The translations under genes were made by a program, and so were the position numbers. A stretch of 63,150 nt of DNA, filler included, from Globobulimina sp. (lineage: Eukaryota): assembly GCA_003354225.1 (NCBI GenBank). It is 44 parts of 44 records of this genome, joined end to end, with 100 filler letters (N's around TTAATTAATTAA, not from the genome) between each part and the next. Parts side by side here need not be neighbours in the genome. Positions count along the whole stretch, not along the records: positions 60,379 to 61,714 come from PIVH01018437.1; positions 61,815 to 63,150 come from PIVH01018438.1; 42 more parts are not named here. One strand, given 5' to 3'. The notes under the pieces are model-generated. The model saw nothing but the letters and a program-made list of their open reading frames with translations, was not told the origin of the DNA and ran no database searches. Below, one piece after another: positions 61,681 through 63,150 of the stretch (position 1 is its first letter; every line of letters begins with the position of its first letter).

Positions 61681-61927
61681 AACACCCAGTATGTATTCAA
61701 TCCATGTTTATTGANNNNNNNNNNNNNNNNNNNNNNNNNNNNNNNNNNNNNNNNNNNNTTAATTAATTAANNNNNNNNNNNNNNNNNNNNNNNNNNNNNN
61801 NNNNNNNNNNNNNNTTGTACGATCAGTTCCCATCAATGACACTAACAGCATTAATAGTTTGTCAAATATCTACATTGCGGGCTATACCTAATTCAAATAT
61901 AAACATATACGAAAGAATAAAAGAGAA

Positions 61928-62521
61928 ATGTTTTGGGAAACTAGAAGTAGTGGTATACGCGAGATATGGTACGGTTTGCGAAGCGCCGCACAATTAATCC
62001 GCGATGGAGATGATGATTCTGCACAAGCCGTTATTTGTGCGATTGGCTGCACTCCGTTAAAACTCGGAAGATCAAAAAAATCCTTTTTTTCTTATGACGA
62101 AAGGGGCGCTAAATATGTTATGCCTTTATATTTATTTGAAGAGCCAAAGACTTTGATAGAAAATATGGGTTTGCTGAATAATGCGAATATTAATTGCGGC
62201 GTCGACCAGAAAGAAGATCTAAACATGACATCGAATGAGGAGATATCATTTCGAGTGCGATTAAATATTGGCAAAGATATATGCGTCAAAATGAAGGAAG
62301 AAAATAGTATCCAAGAACTAAAAGAATATATATCAGTCAAATTGAATAATTTCGATCCAACAAAGATAAGAATAATTAAAAGAGGCAAAATGTATAAGAA
62401 TAATTATAAAATCGGAACACCATTTCCCATTACAAATGGTGACATTATACATGCGAGTTTGCCATCGGCTGCATACAAGCAATCAATGCAACCGATTCAA
62501 TCAAATGAAGGTGTTTGTTAA
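61928..62521 (+). CDS. UBTD1/2 (DC-UbP)-like ubiquitin-domain protein
   Basis: FWETR..G.REIW..LRSAA and YDERGAKY.MPLY, followed by a ubiquitin-like domain. Confidence 0.85.
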   Translation: MFWETRSSGIREIWYGLRSAAQLIRDGDDDSAQAVICAIGCTPLKLGRSKKSFFSYDERGAKYVMPLYLFEEPKTLIENMGLLNNANINCGVDQKEDLNMTSNEEISFRVRLNIGKDICVKMKEENSIQELKEYISVKLNNFDPTKIRIIKRGKMYKNNYKIGTPFPITNGDIIHASLPSAAYKQSMQPIQSNEGVC

Positions 62522-62618
62522 TTTAATTATATTGTAATTTCATATTTAATTATTCCTAGCTTTATTATTGTAACCTAGCTTTAAATTAATATCGAAACAG
62601 TGACTTTCAAGATATTCT

Positions 62619-63150
62619 TTATGACTCAAATCCATGAATGCCGTTTTTGATGGCATCATTCATAATATTCTCAAAAACATCAATACTTACAGCCATATAG
62701 TCAAATAAATGAAGTTTATTAAAGCATGCATTGGTATATGGCATTCGTTTTGTTTTACCATCAGAAGCTGCATGAATAAAAAATTGAGCTTGTCTTGGTA
62801 TTATCCATTTTTTTGCTGTCCAAAACTCAAATAACTGCTGAATCCATTCCAAATCTGCTTTCATCATATTTTTATCAATCAACATAATCAAATATTGTTG
62901 CAACGTTTTCTGTGTTTCATAACAAATATATCCTCCTCGAGCTCTACATTCCCAATTATCATCATCTTCAATCAACGAATAAAGCTGTCGTATCTGTTTT
63001 AATTTAAATTTAAAATCAACATAAAATATTTTTTTAAATTGGTTGTAATTTAACCACAAAGAATTCTCCACATCAACGAAAATACCAAAATACATTAAAT
63101 CTGCTCGAATCACATCGATAATACCTTTAAATTGGTTTTTATAAATAAAA
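62619..63150 (-). CDS. Hypothetical protein, C-terminal part
   Basis: Open frame; no motif recognised. Confidence 0.4.
   Translation of the reverse strand, partial: FIYKNQFKGIIDVIRADLMYFGIFVDVENSLWLNYNQFKKIFYVDFKFKLKQIRQLYSLIEDDDNWECRARGGYICYETQKTLQQYLIMLIDKNMMKADLEWIQQLFEFWTAKKWIIPRQAQFFIHAASDGKTKRMPYTNACFNKLHLFDYMAVSIDVFENIMNDAIKNGIHGFES

Noticed and set aside
1340-61814. Regularly spaced TTAATTAATTAA repeats resembling an array
   Set aside because: They are assembly spacers embedded in N runs, not biological sequence.

Overview
This is not one continuous locus. It is 44 unrelated short contigs (1339 bp decreasing to 1336 bp) joined by an artificial 100-bp spacer (44 N + TTAATTAATTAA + 44 N), so adjacency across spacers means nothing. 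Most contigs are AT-rich eukaryotic DNA with short GT-AG introns (about 50-60 bp, some about 100 bp). The gene families look like those of a protist, probably a foraminiferan or other rhizarian (inference): TRAF, MYND, 7TM proteins, TFIIA, Cdc25, MCEE, a TUTase-like enzyme, PCMT and UBTD. Mixed in are bacterial fragments (acyl-CoA carboxyltransferase, rpsD-rpoA, glycosyltransferases), a tailed-phage head module, non-LTR and DIRS-like retroelements, and hAT-type MITEs. Several contigs switch source mid-gene, as expected for whole-genome-amplification chimeras. The most striking item is a Polinton/adintovirus-type major capsid protein gene split by four spliceosomal introns (41716-43038). Other highlights are an anticodon-less tRNA-like element, a PHTF/7TMIC-like membrane protein, an intron-containing GH105 and a degenerate DEAD-box helicase. 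All family calls come from motif recognition by eye, not from database searches.
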